Part shown: one piece after another, positions 56,560 through 64,000 of the stretch | How the letters are laid out: every line of letters begins with the position of its first letter | Position numbering within the stretch: the first letter of the stretch is position 1 | Assembly (NCBI GenBank): GCA_043753995.1 | Contig: JAYUVP010000098.1 | Coordinates: forward strand, 32,001 to 96,000 | Direction: 5' to 3' | Source of the DNA: Fibrobacterota bacterium | GTDB lineage: Bacteria > Fibrobacterota > Fibrobacteria > UBA11236 | DNA: 64,000 bases | Notes under the pieces: generated by a model | The model's database searches: none | Told to the model about the DNA's origin: nothing | The model's input: the letters and a program-made list of their open reading frames with translations, nothing else | Program-made: the position numbers and the translations under genes

Positions 56560-57714
56560 CTAATTCAAGACCAATCGGAATGGAGCAGATGATTTTCCGC
56601 TGCGTGCTTCCAAGTGATAGATTCCGGGCTTAAGGGCCGCATCTACCTGAAATTCCTTAACGCCTCGGACGACACTTTGCCGCGACAGGACACTCCCTCG
56701 CATATCACGAAGCGTGATTTGCATAGCACCTTCATGGGGGAAATCGAGCCTTATTCTTTGTCCCGCCCTCGCCACAATTTGAGGCGCCTTAGAAATGGGC
56801 TGGCGGCTCAGGCGCGCACTCAATGCCGCGCAAGACCCATCCTCGATGCGGGCGCTGGAATCAAAGCGTGGGGAGTTGGGGTCGGTGCACCCATTTTGAA
56901 AATCGCCCGCGAGCCAACGCAGGCTTTGCCAATAAAGCTTGGGAATGGCGCTGTCGGCTTGGGCAGTGACGTTAGCTTCGCCGTGCCCTGGGCTGCTATA
57001 AAAGAGTTTGCCTTTACCGATGGTTCTAGCCCAGACCACGGGAAGATCGAGGTTTGAATTGGGCGAGGTAGTCAGCACTCCAGAATCGCCATTGGCCGCG
57101 GTGAATAAAACCGTCGCGCCAGGCAATGGCCGCACCGCGGCGTCAAAATGAAACCAAATATCATTCAGCCGAATTGTTCCAGGAATGGCGGAGACCACAT
57201 GCTTGAGTTCGGGATGTCCCTTCGCGCTGCTGTCGGGCACAAAGTCGGCATTTCCGAACTTTCTGTGGATTACGAATTTTGTGCCCAGCATCTCTCTGAG
57301 TTGCGGCCAACTATCTAAGTGGTCTCCAGCATAACGAATCAAGAGCCAACCACCCCCTTGATTCACATAATTCGCCACCGCTTCACGCGCCGAGAACGTG
57401 GGTACCGAGCCCCTACCATCGGTATTGTTATTCCAAATGATGACTTGATATTTTTTCAAAAATTCCGGTGTCAATTGGGTATCGTCGGTCAAGGTATCGA
57501 GTACAAAGCCCTTGCTTTTGGCGAGTAAGGCGATGACAGTCTTGGTTTCTTGGATACCATCGACACTTACCCACCCGCCGACTTTGCTGTAAAGCAGCAC
57601 ACGCTTGACCTTGCTGGTCGATTCCGGCGGGGCGGACTCAGCCGAAGCAAAACCGGTAAAAAAACTGGAAGCGAGCGCGACCAAGGTCACCAATAGATTT
57701 CGGGGAGTCTGCAT
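56560..57714 (-). CDS. Secreted ThuA-like protein with T9SS-like tail, copy 2 (tandem paralog)
   Basis: Same length (384 aa) and motifs as copy 1. Confidence 0.82.
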   Translation of the reverse strand: MQTPRNLLVTLVALASSFFTGFASAESAPPESTSKVKRVLLYSKVGGWVSVDGIQETKTVIALLAKSKGFVLDTLTDDTQLTPEFLKKYQVIIWNNNTDGRGSVPTFSAREAVANYVNQGGGWLLIRYAGDHLDSWPQLREMLGTKFVIHRKFGNADFVPDSSAKGHPELKHVVSAIPGTIRLNDIWFHFDAAVRPLPGATVLFTAANGDSGVLTTSPNSNLDLPVVWARTIGKGKLFYSSPGHGEANVTAQADSAIPKLYWQSLRWLAGDFQNGCTDPNSPRFDSSARIEDGSCAALSARLSRQPISKAPQIVARAGQRIRLDFPHEGAMQITLRDMRGSVLSRQSVVRGVKEFQVDAALKPGIYHLEARSGKSSAPFRLVLN

Positions 57715-57834
57715 ATTTTTTCCAGGAGCGGGAACAGCGAAGGGCTACCAAAGGTTAAGCCCGCTTAGAGAAGTTAGCCTCTCTCAGGAAAAATCGCAGG
57801 CGGTTTCAACAACAAACAGATTCGCCCCCTGATT

Positions 57835-58190
57835 TCACCGAAATTTCAAATAAACCACGATAATGCCCACCAGAAAAGCTGCCAACAATACCCACACCAA
57901 AGGCCTTTCCTGGCCTGTCGTGTGCACCACGGTTTTGCCTTGATATTCGCTGCTGCGCGAGCCAAGATTTTTTCCATGAAGTCGCCGAGCTTTTTGAACG
58001 TGCTCGATTCGGCGCGGCGGTCTTCGATTTATTTTCGCCACCAAATGCTTGAGCCGGCGCAAAGTTCGCGGCGCGAAGGCGGCATGGCCGCCGTTTTTGT
58101 CGGAGCCCCAGTTGGGCTCGCTATTCAGATGAGCCGATATGACTTGATTCAAAGTGCCCACAAAAGGCGGACGCCCGAGAATCAATTCAA
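57835..58190 (-). pseudogene. Degraded duplicate of the 3' end of the Ser/Thr kinase at 60693..61775
   Basis: ILGRPPFVGTLNQVISAHL...EYQGKTVVHTTG...VWVLLAAFLVG..VVYLK.R aligns to the kinase C-terminus with internal deletions and frameshifts; most of the catalytic domain is absent. Confidence 0.85.
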
Positions 58191-58234
58191 AATGATTTAT
58201 CCATCATTCGAACCGGGGTTTGCCAAAAATTATT

Positions 58235-60427
58235 TCAGAAGCGGTATGTTGCCGATTTGAGACCGGTCTCGATTCGGATATAGTAAGAGCCATTTCCGAG
58301 TCGGGATAGCGGGATATGATATTTAGTCGCGGGCAATGCATCGAGATATTTTTCGGCAAGGCGGCCTTGTGCGTCGAAAATGGAAATTCCGCTCAGGTAA
58401 TTCGGTGGAATAACGCTGACTATCAGGGTCTTACCATCGATTCGGATCATCGGTTCGGCCGTTTTTGGATGGGTTGTTGCATGAACGACAATGCGGGGTC
58501 CCCCATATTCGTAAGCACCTATGTCTATGGAACGGCCGAAAACGCGTTTATTCCCTTCAAGATCGGCACTGCTGGGCATGGTGTCGTTTGTTTCGACGAT
58601 ACCGGAGTCGATTGCCGGTGAATTTTTCAACAAATGGAAATCACCTGCGTTGGGATTCGCGAAAAGCGATTCTCCGCTCAGACAGCGGGTGAAATAGACG
58701 TGGTTGGTCGAATCGGCTTTGATGGATCCGAGACTGTCCATGAATGCGCAGTTCGTCGATGAAATGCCCGTGGAAACCGTGCCATATTGGGTACGCGCAT
58801 TCATTTGACATCCGCGGGCAATCGTGCAGTTGCGTAGATAGCCCAGGCTGGGGTAGTTATTCTGCCAGCCATTTGTCGTGAAATTGGTGGAATCGGTAAA
58901 CAACGTGTTTTGATAACTGAAACTCGATCCTGACTCAGCGGAGGTGACTGAGTTCCCATTGACGATGGAGTTTGTGATCCGGGTATTGCCGTCATCGATA
59001 AAAAAGGCGGGCGCATTATTTTGGCCGGTGCCAAAGCGGCAGTTTGAAAAGATGACGGCCCCGGTTGTATGAATGGGTATGGAATTATCGGGTCCGCCAC
59101 TCACTCGCGCGTAGGAAACCGAGCCATTTTTAATCTTCAATCCGTTAAACGCTTTGGTCTTGTCGATCGGGGAAAAAAGGATGGAATCCCGTTGCGTACC
59201 CTGTGCATCCAAGAGTTGACAACTGAGGCTTGAAGATTCCTTCATATCAAAAGAAGTTCCGGGCATCACGAGGAGTTCATTGGCGATCACGGCATCCTGA
59301 ATCGTGATGTGCCCGTAAACGCCGAAACTGGCATCGCTTTGCGTGCCCGAGAGAGTCGTATCATGGTAGACAGGCATGTCGCGTTCCCAGTCCGCGCCAT
59401 TGGCCGAGGTCGCGATAAGTCCTTTGTAGCCGACCGCGACGAACCGTGAACCATTCCAGCAAATACTCGTGATCCCTTCCGCAAAACCTTCGGATACTTT
59501 CGACAATGTCGATGCGCCACTCATGAATTTATACACTGGCGCATAGGATCCTCTGCCGACAATAAGCGAAAACGAAGGCAGGCAAATGGCGTCCTGCATA
59601 CGAAAGCTATAATCCGGGCTCGCCTTGGTTTCGGTCACCGATGTGTCGGAGATTTGAACCATCGCGAGCAACGGATCCCATCGGTCGGTTCCCCATCCGG
59701 AGGAATGGATGCCAATGTTTTTAATGATGGTTTTTCCCGAAACTTTTTTCTTGTAGCATGTCTGTTCCGTGTACAGGTAGTTGGTTGGGGACGGCACATA
59801 ATCGAAATTGAAGTTCCATTTTTTCCCATCCCGCGAAAGGGCCGTCGCATCGCCACTGACTGCCACCAGCATGCTTCCCGTCCAGAATGCCGTGTCCAAG
59901 GCACTACTCGTTTCGATTTGGGTGGTGTCCCAGGCGACATCGTTTGCCGTTGAGAGTATATAGGAGTTAATGCGGGTCCCGAAATAATTCAGGCTGAGGG
60001 CACCCAAAGCAACGATCCGATCCGGCGTGCCGGAAAGAAATCCCAACCGCGGAACATTCCCGGTGACGGTATCGGCAATCATCGGTTTCCAGACCACGGC
60101 GCCATTGTGCGTAAGCTGATTCGCGGAATTTTTATTAACGGTTATGGGACTAAGAGTGTATCCTGAAGGGGTAACGGACGGGGGAAATTTGTATTCATCG
60201 ATATTCTGTACCCCGTTCGCCCTCGAGCCCGTATAGGCACTCCAATTTTTCCCATCCAAAGACGAGTAGGCATGATTCGAAGAATCGGACGCGATGAATA
60301 TCCTTTGAACGGGATCCCATTGCACCAGTTTGAGGTCGAAAGTCGTCGGCCGCAAAAACCAAGCGGATGCAGGCAAACAGAGAAGTGCAATCAGACCCGA
60401 AAGTCGGTTGAAGAATGACATCGGCAA
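58235..60427 (-). CDS. Secreted multidomain protein: propeller/BNR-like repeats, beta-helix, choice-of-anchor Q-like region, T9SS-like tail
   Basis: Signal peptide; WNGSRFVAVG...IATSANG..W repeats; DFHLLKNSPAIDSG...DLEGNKR...IDIGAYE; tail IFDAQGR...GSYYIRI. Confidence 0.75.
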   Translation of the reverse strand: MPMSFFNRLSGLIALLCLPASAWFLRPTTFDLKLVQWDPVQRIFIASDSSNHAYSSLDGKNWSAYTGSRANGVQNIDEYKFPPSVTPSGYTLSPITVNKNSANQLTHNGAVVWKPMIADTVTGNVPRLGFLSGTPDRIVALGALSLNYFGTRINSYILSTANDVAWDTTQIETSSALDTAFWTGSMLVAVSGDATALSRDGKKWNFNFDYVPSPTNYLYTEQTCYKKKVSGKTIIKNIGIHSSGWGTDRWDPLLAMVQISDTSVTETKASPDYSFRMQDAICLPSFSLIVGRGSYAPVYKFMSGASTLSKVSEGFAEGITSICWNGSRFVAVGYKGLIATSANGADWERDMPVYHDTTLSGTQSDASFGVYGHITIQDAVIANELLVMPGTSFDMKESSSLSCQLLDAQGTQRDSILFSPIDKTKAFNGLKIKNGSVSYARVSGGPDNSIPIHTTGAVIFSNCRFGTGQNNAPAFFIDDGNTRITNSIVNGNSVTSAESGSSFSYQNTLFTDSTNFTTNGWQNNYPSLGYLRNCTIARGCQMNARTQYGTVSTGISSTNCAFMDSLGSIKADSTNHVYFTRCLSGESLFANPNAGDFHLLKNSPAIDSGIVETNDTMPSSADLEGNKRVFGRSIDIGAYEYGGPRIVVHATTHPKTAEPMIRIDGKTLIVSVIPPNYLSGISIFDAQGRLAEKYLDALPATKYHIPLSRLGNGSYYIRIETGLKSATYRF

Positions 60428-60692
60428 TGTCCTTTTTGTAATGCGGAAACCTCAATTAGAAATATTTAAGTAATTGGTCCGGTTTATATCATTAAAAAAG
60501 ATACCGTTCCCAAGCTCGACACCACCAATCCCGCTGATGGGGCTATGACAAGTGCAGAACCTGACCAAGGACGCGGGGGATTCAGAGGCCGACCTAGGCG
60601 ACGGAGCAAGGCGGGCCGAGGCAGGGGGGCGATTGGATTGCGCGATACGAGAGGCTGAGCCCCCCGTATCTTAAGCGTTACCCTTACTGCCT

Positions 60693-61775
60693 TCACCGCA
60701 TTTTCAAATAAACGACGACCAAGCCCACCAGAAAAGCCGCAAGCAGCACCCACACCAAAAATCTTTCGCGTCCCGTGGTATGTACCACGGTTTTTCCTTG
60801 GTATTCGCTGGTGCGCGAGCCGAGATTCTTTTCCATGAATTCGCCGAGCTTTTTGAAAGTGCTCGAGTCGACGAGATTTTCGGCGCGGCGTAGGCTTTCG
60901 CTGCCGGGGCCGACGGGGGCGAGCCCGCGAATTTCGCGCAGGCGTATTTGCACGAGCTCAACCACATCGCGGCAAGAGGCGGGGCGATCTTCGGCTTTTT
61001 TAGAGAGAAGATGTTTTAGCAAGCGCAAGGTACCAGGCGTAAAGGCGATATGAGATCCGTTTTTGTCGGCCCCCCAATTCGGCTCAGTATGCAAATGGGC
61101 TGAAATCACTTGATTCAAGGTGCCCGTATAAGGCGGACGGCCCAGAATCAATTCATAGAGAATGACGCCGAGAGAATAAATATCTGAAGCGGGGCCAATG
61201 GCCTTGCCATGCGTGAAGCATTCGGGTGCCATGTAGGTGGGCGTGCCCAGCGTGGTGTCGGCCGCCGTCAAGTCGATTTGGGTCATGTCCTTGGCGAGGC
61301 CGAGATCCGAAACCTTGAGCTTGCCTTCCTTGGTCACGAGAATATTGGCGGGCTTGAGATCGCGATGCAGGATTTGTTGGCTATGCGCCACCTGCATGGA
61401 CGAGGCGACATGGCCAATGATTTTCAGCGCTAACTCCTCATGCACGGGACCGGAGCGGCGCAAGTATTCCATCAGGGAATGGCCGCCGACGAATTCCATC
61501 ACCAGATAAAGCAGGCCCATGTCTTCGCCGAAGTCGAGCACGCGCACAATGCCCTCGTGATTGAGGCGTGCGGCCATTTGCGCTTCGCGGCGAAAACGAT
61601 CACGAAAAGAAGTCATTTGCGAAGCGCCGGGCCCATGGGGCTGGGTGCGCAAGACCTTCACCGCCACGGGAATGCCGAGGGTTTGGTGCATGCCTTTATA
61701 GACTTGCGAAGACGAACCCTCGCCAATCAGATTTTCGAGATAGCAACGGCCGAGAACTTTTCCAGTGAGCAGCAT
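60693..61775 (-). CDS. Hanks-type Ser/Thr protein kinase with a single C-terminal TM helix
   Basis: Motifs IGEGSSSQV, VAVK, HRDLKPANIL, DLG, GTPTYMAPE and SDIYSLG; ends VWVLLAAFLVGLVVVYLKMR. Confidence 0.95.
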   Translation of the reverse strand: MLLTGKVLGRCYLENLIGEGSSSQVYKGMHQTLGIPVAVKVLRTQPHGPGASQMTSFRDRFRREAQMAARLNHEGIVRVLDFGEDMGLLYLVMEFVGGHSLMEYLRRSGPVHEELALKIIGHVASSMQVAHSQQILHRDLKPANILVTKEGKLKVSDLGLAKDMTQIDLTAADTTLGTPTYMAPECFTHGKAIGPASDIYSLGVILYELILGRPPYTGTLNQVISAHLHTEPNWGADKNGSHIAFTPGTLRLLKHLLSKKAEDRPASCRDVVELVQIRLREIRGLAPVGPGSESLRRAENLVDSSTFKKLGEFMEKNLGSRTSEYQGKTVVHTTGRERFLVWVLLAAFLVGLVVVYLKMR

Positions 61776-61778
61776 GTT

Positions 61779-63479
61779 TTAGGCTTGTCCCGCTTGGACT
61801 TGGGCATTTGCCGGGGAGGGCAAGGTGCGCGTATTGCGGAAAAGCGAAGAACCCAGATTGCGCAATTGATCCCAGTAATAGGTCATATTGGTGCTACCCG
61901 TTTGCATCTCCACCAATTTTTCCTTCACATTTTCCAGGACTTCGTCGGCTAGCGCGGAATTGCCATCGGACCAAGCCGCGCGCATGCGCAAATCTTTTTC
62001 CACTTTATCGATTTTCCGGGACACCGCTTCAAGCCTCTGGGTTTGGAGCTTATTCTCTTCATGACAGCGCTGTATCAAGGTGAAAATCTGATCGGCGTCT
62101 TGATTGAGCCAGCCGCGGACCTGCTCGATTTCTTCGCGCTCCTTTTCGAGTTTGCGGCTCCAGCCTTCGATGGCTTGCACCAAGCGAAGATATTCCCCCG
62201 CATCGGCTTCGTCGGGGCGGCGTAGATCGCCGGCATTGGTGGAGCGCGCTATCACATAGCCCACCATTTCATCGACGGGGCTGCGCACCTGATGCTCCGA
62301 ATAATTGAGTCCCACGGTCTCTTCGTCGGCGGTGACGCGCAGGGGAGAAATGCGTCCGATAATGGACCAGCATAAATAGCCCACGAGAAAGGCCCACAAA
62401 AAGCAAACCCCCGCGCCGATCAATTGCGTCATGACCAAACCGGATCGCGTGAGCGTGATTCCCAATTCCTGCGAAGTGGAAACGAGATAGCTATTGGGAG
62501 CGAAAATGCCGGTCAGCAAAATACCGGTAATGCCCGCCGCCCCATGCACCGGAACCGCGCCCACGGCATCGTCCAGCTTGGCCAAAAGCAATAATCGGTC
62601 GGCGAAATAAAAGGCGAGGCCCCCGGCAGCGCCAATGAGGGCCGAAGCCGCCGGCGAAACAATGTCGGCGCAAGCGGTGATGGCCACCAAGCCCGCCAAA
62701 ATGCCATTCATGATAGTTGAAGCGCCGCTAATGCCTTGCAAAGCCCAACCGAAAAGCAAGCAGGCCAGACCTCCGAAGACACCGCCGAAAACCGTATTCA
62801 AAACGATGGTGCCGGTATGCGCGCCGAAGGGAGCCGAACCGCCATTAAAGCCTATCCATCCGAAAAACAAAATGAAGGTTCCCAAGGCCACCATAGGCAC
62901 ATCGGCCGCATGAATATCGACCACCTTGCCAAAGCGATCAAAGCGACCCAAGCGCGGCCCCAACTTGATAATGCCCGCCAAGGACACCGAGGCTCCCACC
63001 AAATGCACCACGGAAGAGCCGGCAAAGTCATGAAAACCCATGCGATGCAGCCAGCCTTCGCTATTCCATACCCAATGTCCGTATATCGGATAAATGATCA
63101 AGGAAAGCGCGCCCGAGCCCAGTATATAAGGCAGAAAACGCAGGCGCTCCGCCATGGCACCCGAAACTATGGTGGCAGCCGTGCCGCAAAACACCAATTG
63201 ATATAAGAAGGGAAAGCTGTCGGCCTCGGTCAGGCCTTTAAGAAAAAAGATCGGTTTACCGACAAATCCGGTGAGTCCGTCGATGCCAAACATCATGGCA
63301 TAACCGACCAAATAAAAGCAGAAAGTGGCGACGAGGAAATCGACCACATTTTTCAGCGCCACATTGATGCTGTTCTTATGTCTTACGGAGCCTGCTTCCA
63401 GGCAGCAAAACCCTGCCTGCATGAAAAAAACCAGGCCGGTACATGTGAGCAGCCACATGTTCTTGATATCGGTTTCCAT
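61779..63479 (-). CDS. amt: Ammonium transporter (Amt) with ~170-aa cytoplasmic C-terminal extension
   Basis: Motifs FFMQAGF..LEAG, IVSGAMAER, HDFAGSSVVH, GWIGFNGGS, DDAVGAVPVHG and LRV..DEE..GL..SEH, followed by a helical coiled-coil tail. Confidence 0.93.
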   Translation of the reverse strand: METDIKNMWLLTCTGLVFFMQAGFCCLEAGSVRHKNSINVALKNVVDFLVATFCFYLVGYAMMFGIDGLTGFVGKPIFFLKGLTEADSFPFLYQLVFCGTAATIVSGAMAERLRFLPYILGSGALSLIIYPIYGHWVWNSEGWLHRMGFHDFAGSSVVHLVGASVSLAGIIKLGPRLGRFDRFGKVVDIHAADVPMVALGTFILFFGWIGFNGGSAPFGAHTGTIVLNTVFGGVFGGLACLLFGWALQGISGASTIMNGILAGLVAITACADIVSPAASALIGAAGGLAFYFADRLLLLAKLDDAVGAVPVHGAAGITGILLTGIFAPNSYLVSTSQELGITLTRSGLVMTQLIGAGVCFLWAFLVGYLCWSIIGRISPLRVTADEETVGLNYSEHQVRSPVDEMVGYVIARSTNAGDLRRPDEADAGEYLRLVQAIEGWSRKLEKEREEIEQVRGWLNQDADQIFTLIQRCHEENKLQTQRLEAVSRKIDKVEKDLRMRAAWSDGNSALADEVLENVKEKLVEMQTGSTNMTYYWDQLRNLGSSLFRNTRTLPSPANAQVQAGQA

Positions 63480-63528
63480 AACCCTCGCTAGTTCGCCGTC
63501 CCTGGCTGACTCTTGGAGCGAGAATCAA

Positions 63529-63545
63529 AGCAAATGGCAGGCCGG
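63529..63545 (-). promoter_or_regulatory. Possible sigma54 -24/-12 promoter for the amt-kinase operon
   Basis: Minus strand reads CCGGCCTGCCATTTGCT = GG-N10-GC with TTGCT, about 50 nt upstream of the amt start; the -24 box is imperfect. Confidence 0.35.
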
Positions 63546-63693
63546 TTTGGTAATGCCGATTCGTTTCAATTGTCGCACAAGCGCGGATATTGTAACTATT
63601 TCTGGCAATAATTGATGGCAAGTGCCAAAAGTTGACGCACTTGGTAAACGTGTAACATTAGATGGGTGAGGGCTAGCAACTCCTCCCTGTTCC

Positions 63694-63737
63694 GCGTGAA
63701 CCCATCGGGTTTTTCCCCGCCTGTTTCGGGTTCACGC
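63694..63737. other. Intergenic hairpin
   Basis: 10-bp perfect inverted repeat GCGTGAACCC/GGGTTCACGC. Confidence 0.4.
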
Positions 63738-63842
63738 TCAAGCAATTCATGCCCTCCCCCTCGGCCGAGCCTCCTCGCCGAGCTGCGGGGTCTCGGCCTA
63801 CCCCCTTCCGCCCCAAGGGGCGCCTCCCCTGGGAGTTTGAAC

Positions 63843-64000
63843 TCAGTCCGGGTGCGTCATCACATAGGCCATCATCCCAATCCCGGTCAGTATCGAACCG
63901 ATGAGGATAAGGGTTCGGCTCGCCGAGACTTTCTTCGCACGCAACTCTTCGATATCGGCCAGGGCTACTTTGCGCTCTTTATTGTGGCGAAGTCCAGTCA
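63843..64000 (-). CDS. 3' end of a hypothetical protein with C-terminal TM helix (partial)
   Basis: Manual translation: ...KVALADIEELRAKKVSASRTLILIGSILTGIGMMAYVMTHPD*. Confidence 0.55.
   Translation of the reverse strand, partial: TGLRHNKERKVALADIEELRAKKVSASRTLILIGSILTGIGMMAYVMTHPD

Noticed and set aside
63600..63630. TGGCAC on the minus strand as a sigma54 promoter
   Set aside because: The following TTGC is adjacent rather than at the required GG-N10-GC spacing.

Overview
A 64 kb gene-dense bacterial chromosomal window. Many lipoproteins and secreted proteins carry T9SS-type C-terminal domains, which suggests an FCB-group organism, possibly Fibrobacterota (inference only). I saw no rRNA, tRNA, CRISPR array or intact transposase/integrase. 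Recognisable genes include glgX, katE, a GH67 alpha-glucuronidase, a GH13 amylase, a beta-carbonic anhydrase, blc, Rrf2-cysK-HAD, a sulfate uptake cluster (TSUP, an unlisted YezD/OscA-type small protein, an OprO/P porin, sbp, cysTWA), an astacin lipoprotein, tandem ThuA proteins and a 1499-aa PKD/cadherin-like lipoprotein. Three loci are the best candidates for undescribed systems. (1) A translationally coupled minus-strand operon at 5918-9587 encodes a histidine phosphatase, a divergent PlsY, a GNAT/class-V aminotransferase fusion and an Aur1-type PAP2; it reads like a pathway for serinol-backbone (N,O-diacylserinol) lipids. (2) An Amt protein with a HAMP-like/coiled-coil tail lies 3 nt from a membrane-anchored Hanks Ser/Thr kinase, with no GlnK gene beside it. 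(3) An extracellular nuclease-PhoX fusion is followed by a stand-alone PhoX paralog. The window also holds several 'telescoped' pseudogenes apparently collapsed by microhomology-joined deletions, including a cysE/cysteine-desulfurase mosaic and a copy of the kinase 3' end. All family assignments come from motif recognition by eye; no database search was run.
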